Assembly (NCBI GenBank): GCA_040954595.2
Contig: CM082577.2
Location: 14,391,903 to 14,455,902, forward strand
Source of the DNA: Balanoglossus misakiensis
Lineage: Eukaryota; Animalia; Hemichordata
Reading direction: 5' to 3'
Length of the DNA stretch: 64,000 nucleotides
Part shown: positions 38,342-49,158 of the stretch, piece after piece
Position numbering within the stretch: the first letter of the stretch is position 1
Layout of the letters: the number at the start of each line of letters is the position of its first letter
Program-made: the position numbers and the translations under genes
Notes under the pieces: generated by a model
Databases searched by the model: none
The model's input: the letters and a program-made list of their open reading frames with translations, nothing else
Told to the model about the DNA's origin: nothing

Positions 38342-39600
38342 CATAGGTGTTTTATTATAAACCGCATGCTAAGAGTTGGGAAAATCTTGAAATTTTCTCT
38401 TGAGCGGTGGCCATTGTGTCAGACGACGCGACGCTGATTGACATGACCTGAGTCAGTGAACTCACGTTGGTCACGTGACCGGTTTATATTTTTTCTGCTA
38501 TTTCCCTAGGGATTCATAGTCGATTCTATTTTCCTATCACGTGACGGATTCAGGCAAATCACCACACAGTATTAGCATGAGGTATATTATAATGAACACC
38601 TTTTGCCTGGCCATGCGGGCCATAGCAGCCGTTTATTACCCCCGAGGGGCTGTGAGTTACCAGAATCACATGCTAATTTCCGGAGCCGTATAATGGGTAT
38701 TATAATATACGTAATATATACCTATAATAGGTATTATTATACACCTACTGCTGTAACCTATGGAGTTCCGTAATACAATAATTCGCAGTATCACCGTACA
38801 ATAATTATGCAAATGAGGACGCAGAGTCCCATAACCCACAGGGTTATTGGACGCATATTTGACCTTTGACCTCACAGCTGTCTGATGTAAACAATGATGA
38901 TATTGCACCCTACTCTGACAAAATTGATATAAAAATTACATAGCTGTTAATAAATTAAACCATTGGAAACCCATGCTACAAAACAAGTCAAAATCCTCAA
39001 ATGAAATTTCAGCCCAAGGAATTTTGTACCTGTCAATGAGCACGTTCGCCCACTTGCCCCAAGTTATCGTCTATCACACTTTATCACATGAACTGGCCCT
39101 GATCACCACCTGTGTGACGTAGACCAGGACAGATCAAAAATCCTGATCACCCCTGTGTTACGTCATCAACCGGAACTATTTCCACCGATTCGCCGTAGCT
39201 TTGTTGTCAAACAGAAACAGTACGTGTAGCGCGCGGCATTTACAATACAGAAATGAAATAAAAAAATTACGGTTCCATGACAATAACGCTTTGTAAGCTC
39301 AAAACAGAAAGGTGGAATTTGGAAAGAAGACAGTCGGACGCAACGATCATGGACGATCGTGGCTGTCAAAGTTTTGGGTCAGGTGTACATAGCCTAGGCT
39401 AGGCGCAAGTCCGGTACGTTCCGAGTCGAATCAGTGTGGGGAATTGTTTCGAGCCAGTTCAGCGTGACAACTGAACCTCTCTATTGCACCGGTCAACGAA
39501 ATGTATAAGACGTGGCAACAGGTTGCAGTAAAATTGTTAGAGAATCGATTACATTTGTGTAAGGCCGAACTTCGAGCGAACGGAACTCAACGGGACGACT

Positions 39601-39694
39601 TGTTGGGAGATTTTATGAATGATCAGCGATAGTTCACCATTTGCGTATATGCAAATGATGAACTATCGCTGATCATTCATAAAATCTCCCAACA
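39601..39694. repeat. Near-perfect 94-bp palindrome
   Basis: TGTTGGGAGATTTTATGAATGATCAGCGATAGTTCA...TGAACTATCGCTGATCATTCATAAAATCTCCCAACA. Confidence 0.85.
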
Positions 39695-39822
39695 TATATC
39701 TCCTGGGGGACATAATCCCGCTCAGTAAAATACGACACCGCTCCAAAATTGTTGCAAGGTACTGAATTGTTTTAGTCCTGCCTCTTCTAACGAAAAATAA
39801 GAAGACTGTTCATGTGATAAAT

Positions 39823-39981
39823 ATATAATCCCATGATATCTTTCTTTGTTTAACGTCATCGTATACTCGTGGTTTTCGCGGAAGCGTACAACTTCTCGCC
39901 TGCGGCTCGAAGTTGCACTGCTCCGCGAAAACCACTCGTATACGATGACGTCAAACAAAGAAAGATATCATGGGATTATAT
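39823..39981. repeat. Hairpin MITE-like repeat
   Basis: Inverted arms around a central CTCGCCTGCGGCTCG. Confidence 0.8.
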
Positions 39982-41286
39982 GTAAGCATAGCCTGATATG
40001 TACGTACGTATGCGCGGTCAGTGAAACCAATATTGAAATGACACAAAAGACACTTGTAAACAAAAACAAAGTGTGAAATAATCATTTGACTAAAGCATGT
40101 TAGAGTTTTCCTGACAACAAAAGAAAAACTGGCTTCGTTTTTTCTTTGGCAGGTCCGCCAATTGCCTTGTCAACAAGTTGTGAACGATGTGTCATTAATT
40201 AGGGGCCGATGTCGAGAGCGGGTGGTCGCGCGCGATCGCGGGACGTACCCATGCAGCCGGCCGACTGCATCGAGCGGTGGACCCGATGTACCGCGCACGG
40301 TCAATCGAACGCGCGTGACCTTGTTTTCGACAGTTCAGCGGGTGTCTTTGTTGACTCTCTGTGTTTGATTTCCGCAAAAAAAGAAAATTTCTCGCTTTTG
40401 ATTATGCTTTTTACAGCCTGTCTATCTTCATTGGTGTACATGTAATCCTTTCACCCGTTTTCGCTTGAAAATCTTTGATTTATCCGACTCCATGTAGCTG
40501 GACTGGGTTAAATATGGGGGCAAAACTCGTCACTCTGACAATGATAGCTATGCATCGCTTCCTCACTGTGGTTCCCCGTATAAACACAGGGGGCTCTCCC
40601 TCCGCGATTTTATTGTTTGTTTGTTATTGTTGTTGTTATTGATTGGCAAAATCTTTTTCTCAAGCTATGTCAAACTTCAATGAACAGAAAGCCAGAAGGA
40701 AATTACTTTATAATAAAAAATGAAACGTTCATAGAAAATGAAAATAAATGTGGAAATACGCTTAAATTGTGATGTTGACTTCGCCAGTAAGTGTGTGGCG
40801 AGTACGTATGTGTTATAATATATTGAAAAAATGGGGACCCACAAAAATATTTAGGGACCCCTGATTTTCACAAGGAAGGGGTCCCAGGGACCCCAAGATT
40901 TTGAGGCCTAGCGCAATCCCTGAATACACGTATATCCCCGCACCAGAATAAAGGCTGTTCCCATTATTGACCACCCTCCCCTTATATGACATGCAACTAT
41001 TGGCAAGGCGGGGGCATGACGGTGATCTTCTATGAATTGTCTATCTCCCCCCCCCCCTCCCCTCAACCTCCTTGCCGGGTGAGATAATCGTGCTCACACG
41101 TCAGTTTAGTAACAGCGCGTTTAACAGAGATTTCTCATATGTATTCAGTTCTATTGTCAACTATAACTGATTCGATCTCCGTCACATGTTTGTAGTCTCA
41201 ATTTTCAAACTATTGGAAGGGCTCTTTGCTAACAAGCGTGTATTGGAAATATGTCAAATACAATACTAATATACTGTAATATAAGA

Positions 41287-41760
41287 CTAGATGCATAGAC
41301 GGACACTCCAGTGAAGATTATCATCACATATTATGTACAGGTACATATGTAACCCCTTGGTGAGTTCCACGTTAAAATCTGCATGACAGAAAGATGAGTT
41401 TTGTTTACTGCACATTGTCGACGAAATTGCATCGGGAGGAGAGATTAATTCTATCACGCATCGTTCAGCGACAATATCTGGTCTAAACGTGACCTTTATA
41501 GCCCACAGGTAGACATTGCAGATTGCTTGTACACCCACAGATTCAACGAAAGGGCCAAGTTTGTCCGGAATGAACATCCACTCTGGTTTCACCGTATCTG
41601 TGGTCGCTCCTTGTCTCACGGGAGTCAATACAGGGACAGACAAGACGCACGTGACAAAAAGGCACCCCACAAAATACACCAAACAAGCAACTTTAGTCCC
41701 GTCCGACTTCACTGGTTCATCGTCCAGTAAACGGGTGATGAAATCTTCATCTTCCTCCAT
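41287..41760 (-). CDS. Orphan type II membrane protein
   Basis: 157-aa ATG ORF with an acidic N-terminus, one hydrophobic segment and a Cys-containing ectodomain; head-to-head with 41819 (58-bp gap). Confidence 0.55.
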   Translation of the reverse strand: MEEDEDFITRLLDDEPVKSDGTKVACLVYFVGCLFVTCVLSVPVLTPVRQGATTDTVKPEWMFIPDKLGPFVESVGVQAICNVYLWAIKVTFRPDIVAERCVIELISPPDAISSTMCSKQNSSFCHADFNVELTKGLHMYLYIICDDNLHWSVRLCI

Positions 41761-41818
41761 TTCACGCAGTTACAGGGAGGAGATATGTTAATGTATTTTA
41801 ATACATAGTGACAACGTC

Positions 41819-42304
41819 ATGGAGAGATTTCTTGTAATATTTACAACGTGTTTCATGGTCGCCTTGTCTGCAGAATTGCCAACCGTGTTAGTAGGTGATT
41901 TGTACGTCGGCTTATCACCTATATTTTATCCGAGTGCGTGTATTAATGAGAGTGGTGCAAGTTGTTTGCGTGAAATAAATGGATTGGTGTATGTAGACTG
42001 CGACAGACGGCTATGCGAACGCCCCTTTTCGCTCTCTCGTTGCACTGGGCAACAACCAGGCTATAATAAGGGTGACCACGGAGAAGTTTGGGTGGAACCG
42101 GATAAGGGGTGTCGCTTTCTCGGAGGTTACTGCGCTTACACGGGTCGCAACAATCTTGTCGGCATTTGTGTTCCGGCGTGGAAAAGGGACGTCGACCAAC
42201 GTTTATTTCCTAAGTTGGTACCTCGTAATAGTATATGTCTAAGCAAATGTGACACGGATGTAGAACTATGGGGTGGTGACGCATCATTCTGTACTTGTGG
42301 TTAA
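41819..42304 (+). CDS. Orphan secreted Cys-rich protein
   Basis: 161-aa ATG ORF with a signal-peptide-like start (MERFLVIFTTCFMVALSA) and many Cys. Confidence 0.65.
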   Translation: MERFLVIFTTCFMVALSAELPTVLVGDLYVGLSPIFYPSACINESGASCLREINGLVYVDCDRRLCERPFSLSRCTGQQPGYNKGDHGEVWVEPDKGCRFLGGYCAYTGRNNLVGICVPAWKRDVDQRLFPKLVPRNSICLSKCDTDVELWGGDASFCTCG

Positions 42305-42420
42305 TGTCATCCTTCCAATTGTCGCCCACACGTAACGTCCTCTAACCCAATCTATTATTGACGATTTATCGGTATTATTAACATGCTCAGAGGTTGAACA
42401 GAACGAAACGACTAGTTGAT

Positions 42421-43653
42421 ATGACAGTTATGTTTATCGTAACTGTCTTTTTACTGCATTGTTTATGTTTATCCCAAACATTTTCATATATCTGTACAGA
42501 AGATCACAGCCATTGTGCAGGTCCTATCACCGAGTTAATGCGCGCATTCGATGTTGAATACTCACTAACGGCATACCATCTAATTCCGGCAGACAATGAG
42601 GAAGTGTCTTGTAAACACTTTTCTACAGCGTTAGAATGCACTTGCACAAGCAGCGATGTCGTTATTCATTATCCTGCGGATCACCTGATAACACTCCAGC
42701 GGAAAAACGACGACGTAATCACGGTTCTACCAGGATGTAATTCGACGTTTCGGATAGTCATAACTGATCCCATGCTATCCGCAGATAGCGCCACCATGGG
42801 GCAAGAACCATACTGGTTGCGTGGGCCAGCCTGCGGATTGTTTGTAATACAGCGAGGCAACATAGTTTTGAAAGACATCACCGTTGACAACTCGGTTTGC
42901 ATGCAAACCCTTGAAATTGAATACGGGTGTTGGCACAGGGTCGAGTCTGCGGCCATATTTGTTACGGGGTTACATATAGTTTCTGATATTAAACTCAGTA
43001 ATCTGAAAGTGGTGACGTCCGATAGAGATGGGAAGGAATGGAACGTCCCTCCTTTGCTCGCATATTTTGCGAGTTCGTCCGCGTTTGAGGTTCTTCGTTT
43101 GCAAAATATTACCATTGACGAGATAGCGAACGTGTCAGTCAAATTTGAACAGTGCGTTGGCCAAGCACATGTAGGCACTAAGCACGGCGCCGAAGCTACT
43201 GTTGTCGTAGAATATTTTCCCCTTCTTGACACAAAACCATTGATTGTAGATACTCCTGTTACTAGAATTTTTGATATGTCCCAATGGCTAGGACCCACTC
43301 TCTTGTACAAAATATACGCAGACTATCGGCGCCAAGATCGAAACGAATGGACACTTTACTTGTTTGGTGCATTAATAGTGATTGCTATTACGTTCGTTGT
43401 TATTCAGATTACTATATGGTTTTGCAGGGTCGACTCTGGCAGTCACCCAGGAGATATTTACGACGCATTAGGAGCAGTTGCTATGGACAAATTAAAACAA
43501 CGCAAGAAGCGTAGACACCAACACGAGACCAAAAACTCTCATTACAACAAATATTCTGACTTTCGCAAATTGTATCATTCGTCTGACGAGGATGACGCAA
43601 ATCGAGTTGTGTTTGACCAGTCACAGAGATTTTTACACAATGATAGACTATAG
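42421..43653 (+). CDS. Orphan type I membrane glycoprotein
   Basis: ~410-aa ORF with a signal peptide, Cys-rich ectodomain with N-x-S/T sites, TM segment (LYLFGALIVIAITFVVIQITIWF) and basic/acidic tail. Confidence 0.75.
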   Translation: MTVMFIVTVFLLHCLCLSQTFSYICTEDHSHCAGPITELMRAFDVEYSLTAYHLIPADNEEVSCKHFSTALECTCTSSDVVIHYPADHLITLQRKNDDVITVLPGCNSTFRIVITDPMLSADSATMGQEPYWLRGPACGLFVIQRGNIVLKDITVDNSVCMQTLEIEYGCWHRVESAAIFVTGLHIVSDIKLSNLKVVTSDRDGKEWNVPPLLAYFASSSAFEVLRLQNITIDEIANVSVKFEQCVGQAHVGTKHGAEATVVVEYFPLLDTKPLIVDTPVTRIFDMSQWLGPTLLYKIYADYRRQDRNEWTLYLFGALIVIAITFVVIQITIWFCRVDSGSHPGDIYDALGAVAMDKLKQRKKRRHQHETKNSHYNKYSDFRKLYHSSDEDDANRVVFDQSQRFLHNDRL

Positions 43654-43855
43654 ACAAACGCAAAATACATACAATTAAATTACAGCTAGACCGGTTTTGG
43701 TAATATTTGACACACTTTTATTTCCACCTTTGATACAACACAATAAACCTGACGTAGGTAATATTTCCACTCAATTTGTCTGCTTGTTTCTTCGCATATA
43801 CACACGGCGATCCCTGTTGAATATTTGGTCCCAAGGGTTGTTGTTGTTGTATCAA

Positions 43856-44995
43856 CTACTCCGAGTCCGAAATACACTCCCATGAATTTGTAGGCGAATC
43901 GTCCGTTGCGTCGTTAGTGGGCTTGAGTTGGTAATCATTCAACTATATACATAAGGAATAAAATTAACATGGTCAAAATGGGTGATGTAGTGTATTGACA
44001 CACTCACAAAAATGTATTTTGGCAATTACTATACCTGGCGCATACAGTCTTGTAATTTATCCTTGCATTGGTCAAGTTCTGTGAAGGTAGCATGTTTTTC
44101 ACGCTCAGCCCTCAACAATTGTCTCCTGAGTAAATCTAATTCGTTTTGCATGGACTCGCACAGTGGCTGTAAATCATCCTTTACCGATTGTCGTGGTTCC
44201 TCTACCTATATAGAAAATGTATATGAATGGTGAGACGACTACGGGAAATTATATGCAAGAGAAATACTACACTGATAAGTAACAATGACAGTCTGTATTC
44301 ACCCGTTGTTGTTTTTGTAGTATGTTGTTATCTTCCAGAATCTGTTGTCTTTCACGTTTAAGATCATCGATCTGAGCCTCTAGAGATTTTATCAGAGTTT
44401 TGGTGGCGCGAGAGTATGTAGTCAGTTCAGTTGTGGTACAGTCGTTTTTCATAGTCAGAGAGTGTATCTGGTCCGCTGCAAACTCTTTGTACTTTATCAA
44501 CTGTTTGTTTTCTTCGTCCATTTCCTTAGCATTAGCCTCGTACTTTGCGGCCTGTTTATGCAATTGTTCTATTTGTTTGACAGTAGACGATTTAAATTTG
44601 AGAAGATCGCGAATTTGTTTCTCTAAAACCTGATTGCGTTTTCCCAGAGTGGCGACTGCTTCATCGACATCATTTCTTTCTTGTTGGTCAAAGTTCTGCC
44701 CATGCTGGTGTTGGTCAATGATTTTATCCTGTAGCGTCTCAATGAGTTTTCTCAAAGATTGAACTCGTTCTCTTTCAGCCAGTAGTTCATTTAGCTGTGG
44801 TTGTTCGTCAGTCTTCTGCGACTGCAGGTGTTTAATTGTCATCTGCATATGTTCTACATCTCGTAGCCTGTCTTTGTCGTGAGTCGCTCTAATTTTCATC
44901 GCGATGCCTAAGTCGGTCGTCACTTCTTTCAATTTAGTGATCAAACCGTTTATATTATCTACGTTATGTGCTGGAGACTGTCGTGCGTTCGCCAT
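43856..44995 (-). CDS. Three-exon orphan coiled-coil protein (exons 44995-44303, 44205-44035, 43942-43856)
   Basis: Two short phase-0 GT-AG introns (97 and 92 nt) join heptad-rich open frames. TATA-like TATATAA lies about 40 bp upstream. Confidence 0.7.
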
Positions 44996-45080
44996 GGCTG
45001 GTTATCTGCGAGGTGACTACACCATCACGCTTATATATCATCGAAATGGCATTTGTTTAACACAAGCACGTTAACTGTTC

Positions 45081-45193
45081 TAGACTCTCTCACAGCCGTT
45101 TGGCAAGAGAGAAACACCTTCTGGTGTTGTGGACACACATGCAATCAGACTATGAGCCTGCATGGACGGCGAGAGGGGCTGTGAGAGAGTCTA
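45081..45193. mobile_element. Small MITE
   Basis: TIR TAGACTCTCTCACAGCC / GGCTGTGAGAGAGTCTA. Confidence 0.6.
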
Positions 45194-45858
45194 TATACAT
45201 GTAATCAGAGATCTGCCCACGGTGGTCGGCGCCGGTCGCGCGCGACCGGCACTCTCAGGCCGAGACCAGAACAAAAAGGTCGCGACCATTGCTATTGTTC
45301 GCTGTGATACACGCACTTTGGCGTGAGAAATTTTCTTTTTCGGCGGAAATCAAACACATGGGACCAGAGAGTCCACAAAGACAGCCGCTAAACTGTCGAT
45401 AACAAGGTCGCACGCGTTCGACTGACCGTGCGCGGTACATCGGGTCTACAGCTGGATGCAGCCGGCTGGGTCCCGCGATCGCGCGCGACCATCCACTCTT
45501 GAGATCGACTCCAAAGTCGTTGTCACGGTCGGGATTGCTAATTGCCTCGATCGGTATAAAATTGTAGTCAATGAAACCCCAAAAATCGTCATCATTGTTG
45601 ATGTGGCTGTCATGAAAATGTCCAGCGAAAAATTTGCTGTCTTCCGGGTTTACAAAGCAAAGGAAAGACGCATACTGTCAAAGGTCACGTAATTAGGTCA
45701 TGTCGACAACGCTTACATCGAGCTCATGAATAGTAATAATCTCATTAATATGCATGAGCCCGACAACCACTTCGTTTTGGCTCGGCAAAACCCTGTCATG
45801 TTCATGTGATACCAAATGTCGTAATATTAACGTACAGTTTGACTAAAAGGGATAAACC

Positions 45859-46161
45859 ATGTCGGATTTTATGCATCTATATTTCACCACGTGTTGTATG
45901 TTGGCCTTAGCGTCAAATTTCGCGTATAGCCACACCTTGCATAGCATTAACAGCTCATCGGATAGCATCCGAAGCCCCGAAACATTACCCATACAAACAG
46001 AGGAAGCCATTGACGACGTTGTGTCGCCACCAAACAGAGATGAGAATAGAATCAATTCGTCTCATGCTAAGAGCGCTATTGAAAACAAAACAATATTCAC
46101 AATGCATGACTACAGACAACTGAAAACTCGTCTGACCAATGTCACACACGTACAAGCGTAG
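45859..46161 (+). CDS. Small putative secreted protein
   Basis: 100-aa ORF, ACCATG context, hydrophobic leader. Confidence 0.4.
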   Translation: MSDFMHLYFTTCCMLALASNFAYSHTLHSINSSSDSIRSPETLPIQTEEAIDDVVSPPNRDENRINSSHAKSAIENKTIFTMHDYRQLKTRLTNVTHVQA

Positions 46162-46280
46162 TCGATGTGACTAGTAGACACGTACATGTATGTACAACCT
46201 ATTACGTAGTAGGGAAGCGGATAAGACATGCCAGAAGGTTCATGCGCAAGTGGGATTGTATTCCACGCGCCTTTCGCAGA

Positions 46281-46559
46281 CTAGATACATGACATCACGG
46301 ACAAGATAATTCGATACATTACGTCATGTACAGGACGCCATCCGGACCAGCCGCCTTTTGCAAATTCAAAACATGGTGTCATAGGTAACAAATAAAACGA
46401 TGCACAGAAATACAAAGTATGCATCAAATCATGACGCAAGAGTTTGATTCTTTCGCAATAGTGATGAATTGTAGTCATGGCTAACAGAAGCGCGTTAGTT
46501 ATTTTACCGACGTCAACGAACGTGACATAAGCACAAAGTAACAAGAATGCCCTGACCAC
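46281..46559 (-). CDS. Small hydrophobic protein (tentative)
   Basis: 92-aa hydrophobic ORF divergent from the kinase; non-ATG start. Confidence 0.25.
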   Translation of the reverse strand: MVRAFLLLCAYVTFVDVGKITNALLLAMTTIHHYCERIKLLRHDLMHTLYFCASFYLLPMTPCFEFAKGGWSGWRPVHDVMYRIILSVMSCI

Positions 46560-46695
46560 TCACGATTGTTATTTAAATTAGCGCCATATATGAGGTCACC
46601 AGTATAAAACCGAGTAGAATGGCTAAGATAAAGAGAACTGACTGATGCTCTGACACATGTATGTGTGTTGAACGCCTGCGTGTACGGTGAGAATA

Positions 46696-48414
46696 ATGAG
46701 TTCTGGTGCCTCTGGTTCCGATTTTGCCTACCTATATCGTCGTGTGATTCAACTTTCTGAACCATCCAACGAAACAATCCCGAATGATGTGGACGATAGT
46801 TTTCATGCCAAAGGCACGTACGGCCTCTGCCAATTTCGACCAAGAAGCGGGACCATCGTCAAACAGAGTCGTGGATTCAAGAGAGACCGGACGAAGTTAC
46901 ATATCAAGAATAATTTTATTACTAATCTGGAGACATCTCTCGCCAAAGAGGCTCTCATTATGCGATACCTGAACAAAAAAGATGCGACGTCGTACAGATA
47001 TCTTCCGAAACTGCTATCTTTTCAGATCGTGGCTTACAGACACTCGTCTGGAAACATAATTCGGATGGTTCCGGAACTGCAAATGGAATTTGCCGGAGTA
47101 GACCTGCACAGGTTTTGCATCGTAGATGGCAATCTTGTCAACGTTCAACACTTACTGAAACAAGCATTAGAAGCGCTGCAGTTTCTCAGTGCGCATGGGG
47201 TACTTCATTGCGATATCACGTTGTCGAACATTACTTTCCATCGGGAACTGTCTCGGTTTAAGTTGATCGACTTCGGGTATGCTGAATTTATTCATGCAGA
47301 TATTGTCGATAAAATGGCGTTCACGTCACCGCATTCTGAGATTCCACTTGGTGCGTCTCGCATGAAGGCGCTACAGACAGGAAATAGTCCATATTCTAAA
47401 TCGCATTTACCTCGCGGTATCTTGTTGCATTCTCTGGACCCGTGTCCTGAAGAAAATACAATCAGTGCATGCACTCAGACGACACCGTTGCCGTACTATG
47501 ACCCAAGTATTGCTCTGTCAGATGAAATAGAAACAGAATCATATAGCCATGAGAGTGATTGTTTTTCGTTGGCATGTGCAGCGGTGATGGTAATGGGTCT
47601 TCCCATGTACAGAGATAGAGACCTCGCGACAGTCACTTATCATATTCTACAATCTGTGACATGCCCGGTCCAAGCTCAACGTTGTATCGACCACTTAACG
47701 CGTGTCTGTCGCTCAATTAACTTACTTAGAGGGCCACTCGACGACATCGAAATTGCGTTCTGGAAGTCAATGATAAACAAAGATATACGACTGATACATG
47801 AACTGGGATTCAACTATCTGGGACCAAGGCTTCTCGATCGAGTTAATTGGATATACGGCGACTATGTAGTTAAAGCCCTGAAATCGATGTTGCACCCTAT
47901 CAGAAGTTTTAGATCACCTGCGGCTGATACTCTGCTTCTTTTGGATCAAGTGCCACATGTAACTGCTGATGATGACACGGATGTAGATGGCCTATCTCAC
48001 GCTCGTCAACTCACAGACAGGTATATAGTCCACACAGCCAAGTACACTATCAGTCCGTCACACGACATCCCAGTTGCATCAATCACTCTGGCAACGCGTG
48101 TAGATGGACACCGATTTGTGCCAATATTCACTGATGATCGTCTCGTCGTTAAGTGGTTCAATATTACATGCCCACGTGTTCACTATAAACACGTCATAAC
48201 GAAACTTCTCTGTGGCATATATCGCTCCCATTCCAAAGGAAGCCCGTCGCTTCAGGTACCTCGTGAGAGACTATTATCTCTCCGATTTGAGGTTTTGCAC
48301 AAACACGAGCGTGGCTTAATTCACTCGTGTTTTGTGGAAACATTCGGAGCTATCTACGTACAAGACAAAATGATCGTAAATGCAGTGGATATTGACGTCG
48401 ATTTGACCGAATAG
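46696..48414 (+). CDS. Divergent intronless Ser/Thr protein kinase, virus-like
   Basis: Motifs KGTYG, IVK, alphaC Glu (LAKEALIM), HCDITLSNI, LIDFG, DCFSLAC; TATAAAA near 46603. Confidence 0.85.
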   Translation: MSSGASGSDFAYLYRRVIQLSEPSNETIPNDVDDSFHAKGTYGLCQFRPRSGTIVKQSRGFKRDRTKLHIKNNFITNLETSLAKEALIMRYLNKKDATSYRYLPKLLSFQIVAYRHSSGNIIRMVPELQMEFAGVDLHRFCIVDGNLVNVQHLLKQALEALQFLSAHGVLHCDITLSNITFHRELSRFKLIDFGYAEFIHADIVDKMAFTSPHSEIPLGASRMKALQTGNSPYSKSHLPRGILLHSLDPCPEENTISACTQTTPLPYYDPSIALSDEIETESYSHESDCFSLACAAVMVMGLPMYRDRDLATVTYHILQSVTCPVQAQRCIDHLTRVCRSINLLRGPLDDIEIAFWKSMINKDIRLIHELGFNYLGPRLLDRVNWIYGDYVVKALKSMLHPIRSFRSPAADTLLLLDQVPHVTADDDTDVDGLSHARQLTDRYIVHTAKYTISPSHDIPVASITLATRVDGHRFVPIFTDDRLVVKWFNITCPRVHYKHVITKLLCGIYRSHSKGSPSLQVPRERLLSLRFEVLHKHERGLIHSCFVETFGAIYVQDKMIVNAVDIDVDLTE

Positions 48415-48429
48415 AACTTCGACATTAGG

Positions 48430-49158
48430 ATGGACGGATGCGAATACCGGGTAGTGCATTCCACCAACAGGCGCGCAGAGATGGTTTTCTTCATGGTTAA
48501 CATCGTCTCATCTCAAGTGATTGGTCATAGGAAACCTCCTGATGACATGGAGATGTCGTCATCGGTACACCTTCGAGGATCTAAACTGCAGCACACAATG
48601 TTTGAAGTCGCCAATCCTTTGACACACTCGTCCACAGTACTGAACTTCGCTTCTACTGGAGCAACTACTGTTACCGTAAGAGGTAATTACCTACTGAGAA
48701 CACGAGCCAGTCTGGATTTTGCTTACCATCAGGGACTGGCTTTCAACAAACGAAGACTGGTGCTGTTACCGTTCTCTACGAATAACTTAAATTACTCTGG
48801 GCGTTTGTACGGGGTGATGAACCCACACCAGGTCAAAGACTGTCTTTGTAACAGCGAACGGTGTATAGTAGACAAGAACGATCAATTTCCCTCTATAAAA
48901 TTAACTTTTGAACAAGATGGTTTAACCAGCCAAAAAGTGTGTTTTCAACTATTTGTCCCAACGATGTCTATTAATACTCAATTTCAAACTTGGGACACGC
49001 TTTACGAGAGCAGTCAGAGAATGTTAGATATCATACTCCGTTATGCCGATTTTAATCAGGATCTGTGTACTATGTGTGTAAATGCAGAGACGTTAAAAGG
49101 CCGCAAACTTTGTAAAAATGAAGTAGATGAGATATACGATAACTTTAGTCGGGCATAG
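48430..49158 (+). CDS. Divergent TATA-binding-protein-like fold protein (putative viral TBP)
   Basis: 242-aa ORF. Motifs VNIVSS, TVLNFASTGATTV, DQFPSIKLTF and CFQLFV fall in the same order as TBP QNIVST, TALIFSSGKMVC, ELFPGLIYRM and VLLIFV. Confidence 0.55.
   Translation: MDGCEYRVVHSTNRRAEMVFFMVNIVSSQVIGHRKPPDDMEMSSSVHLRGSKLQHTMFEVANPLTHSSTVLNFASTGATTVTVRGNYLLRTRASLDFAYHQGLAFNKRRLVLLPFSTNNLNYSGRLYGVMNPHQVKDCLCNSERCIVDKNDQFPSIKLTFEQDGLTSQKVCFQLFVPTMSINTQFQTWDTLYESSQRMLDIILRYADFNQDLCTMCVNAETLKGRKLCKNEVDEIYDNFSRA

Noticed and set aside
42681-43310. 209-aa minus-strand ORF
   Set aside because: Antisense shadow of the better-supported glycoprotein ORF
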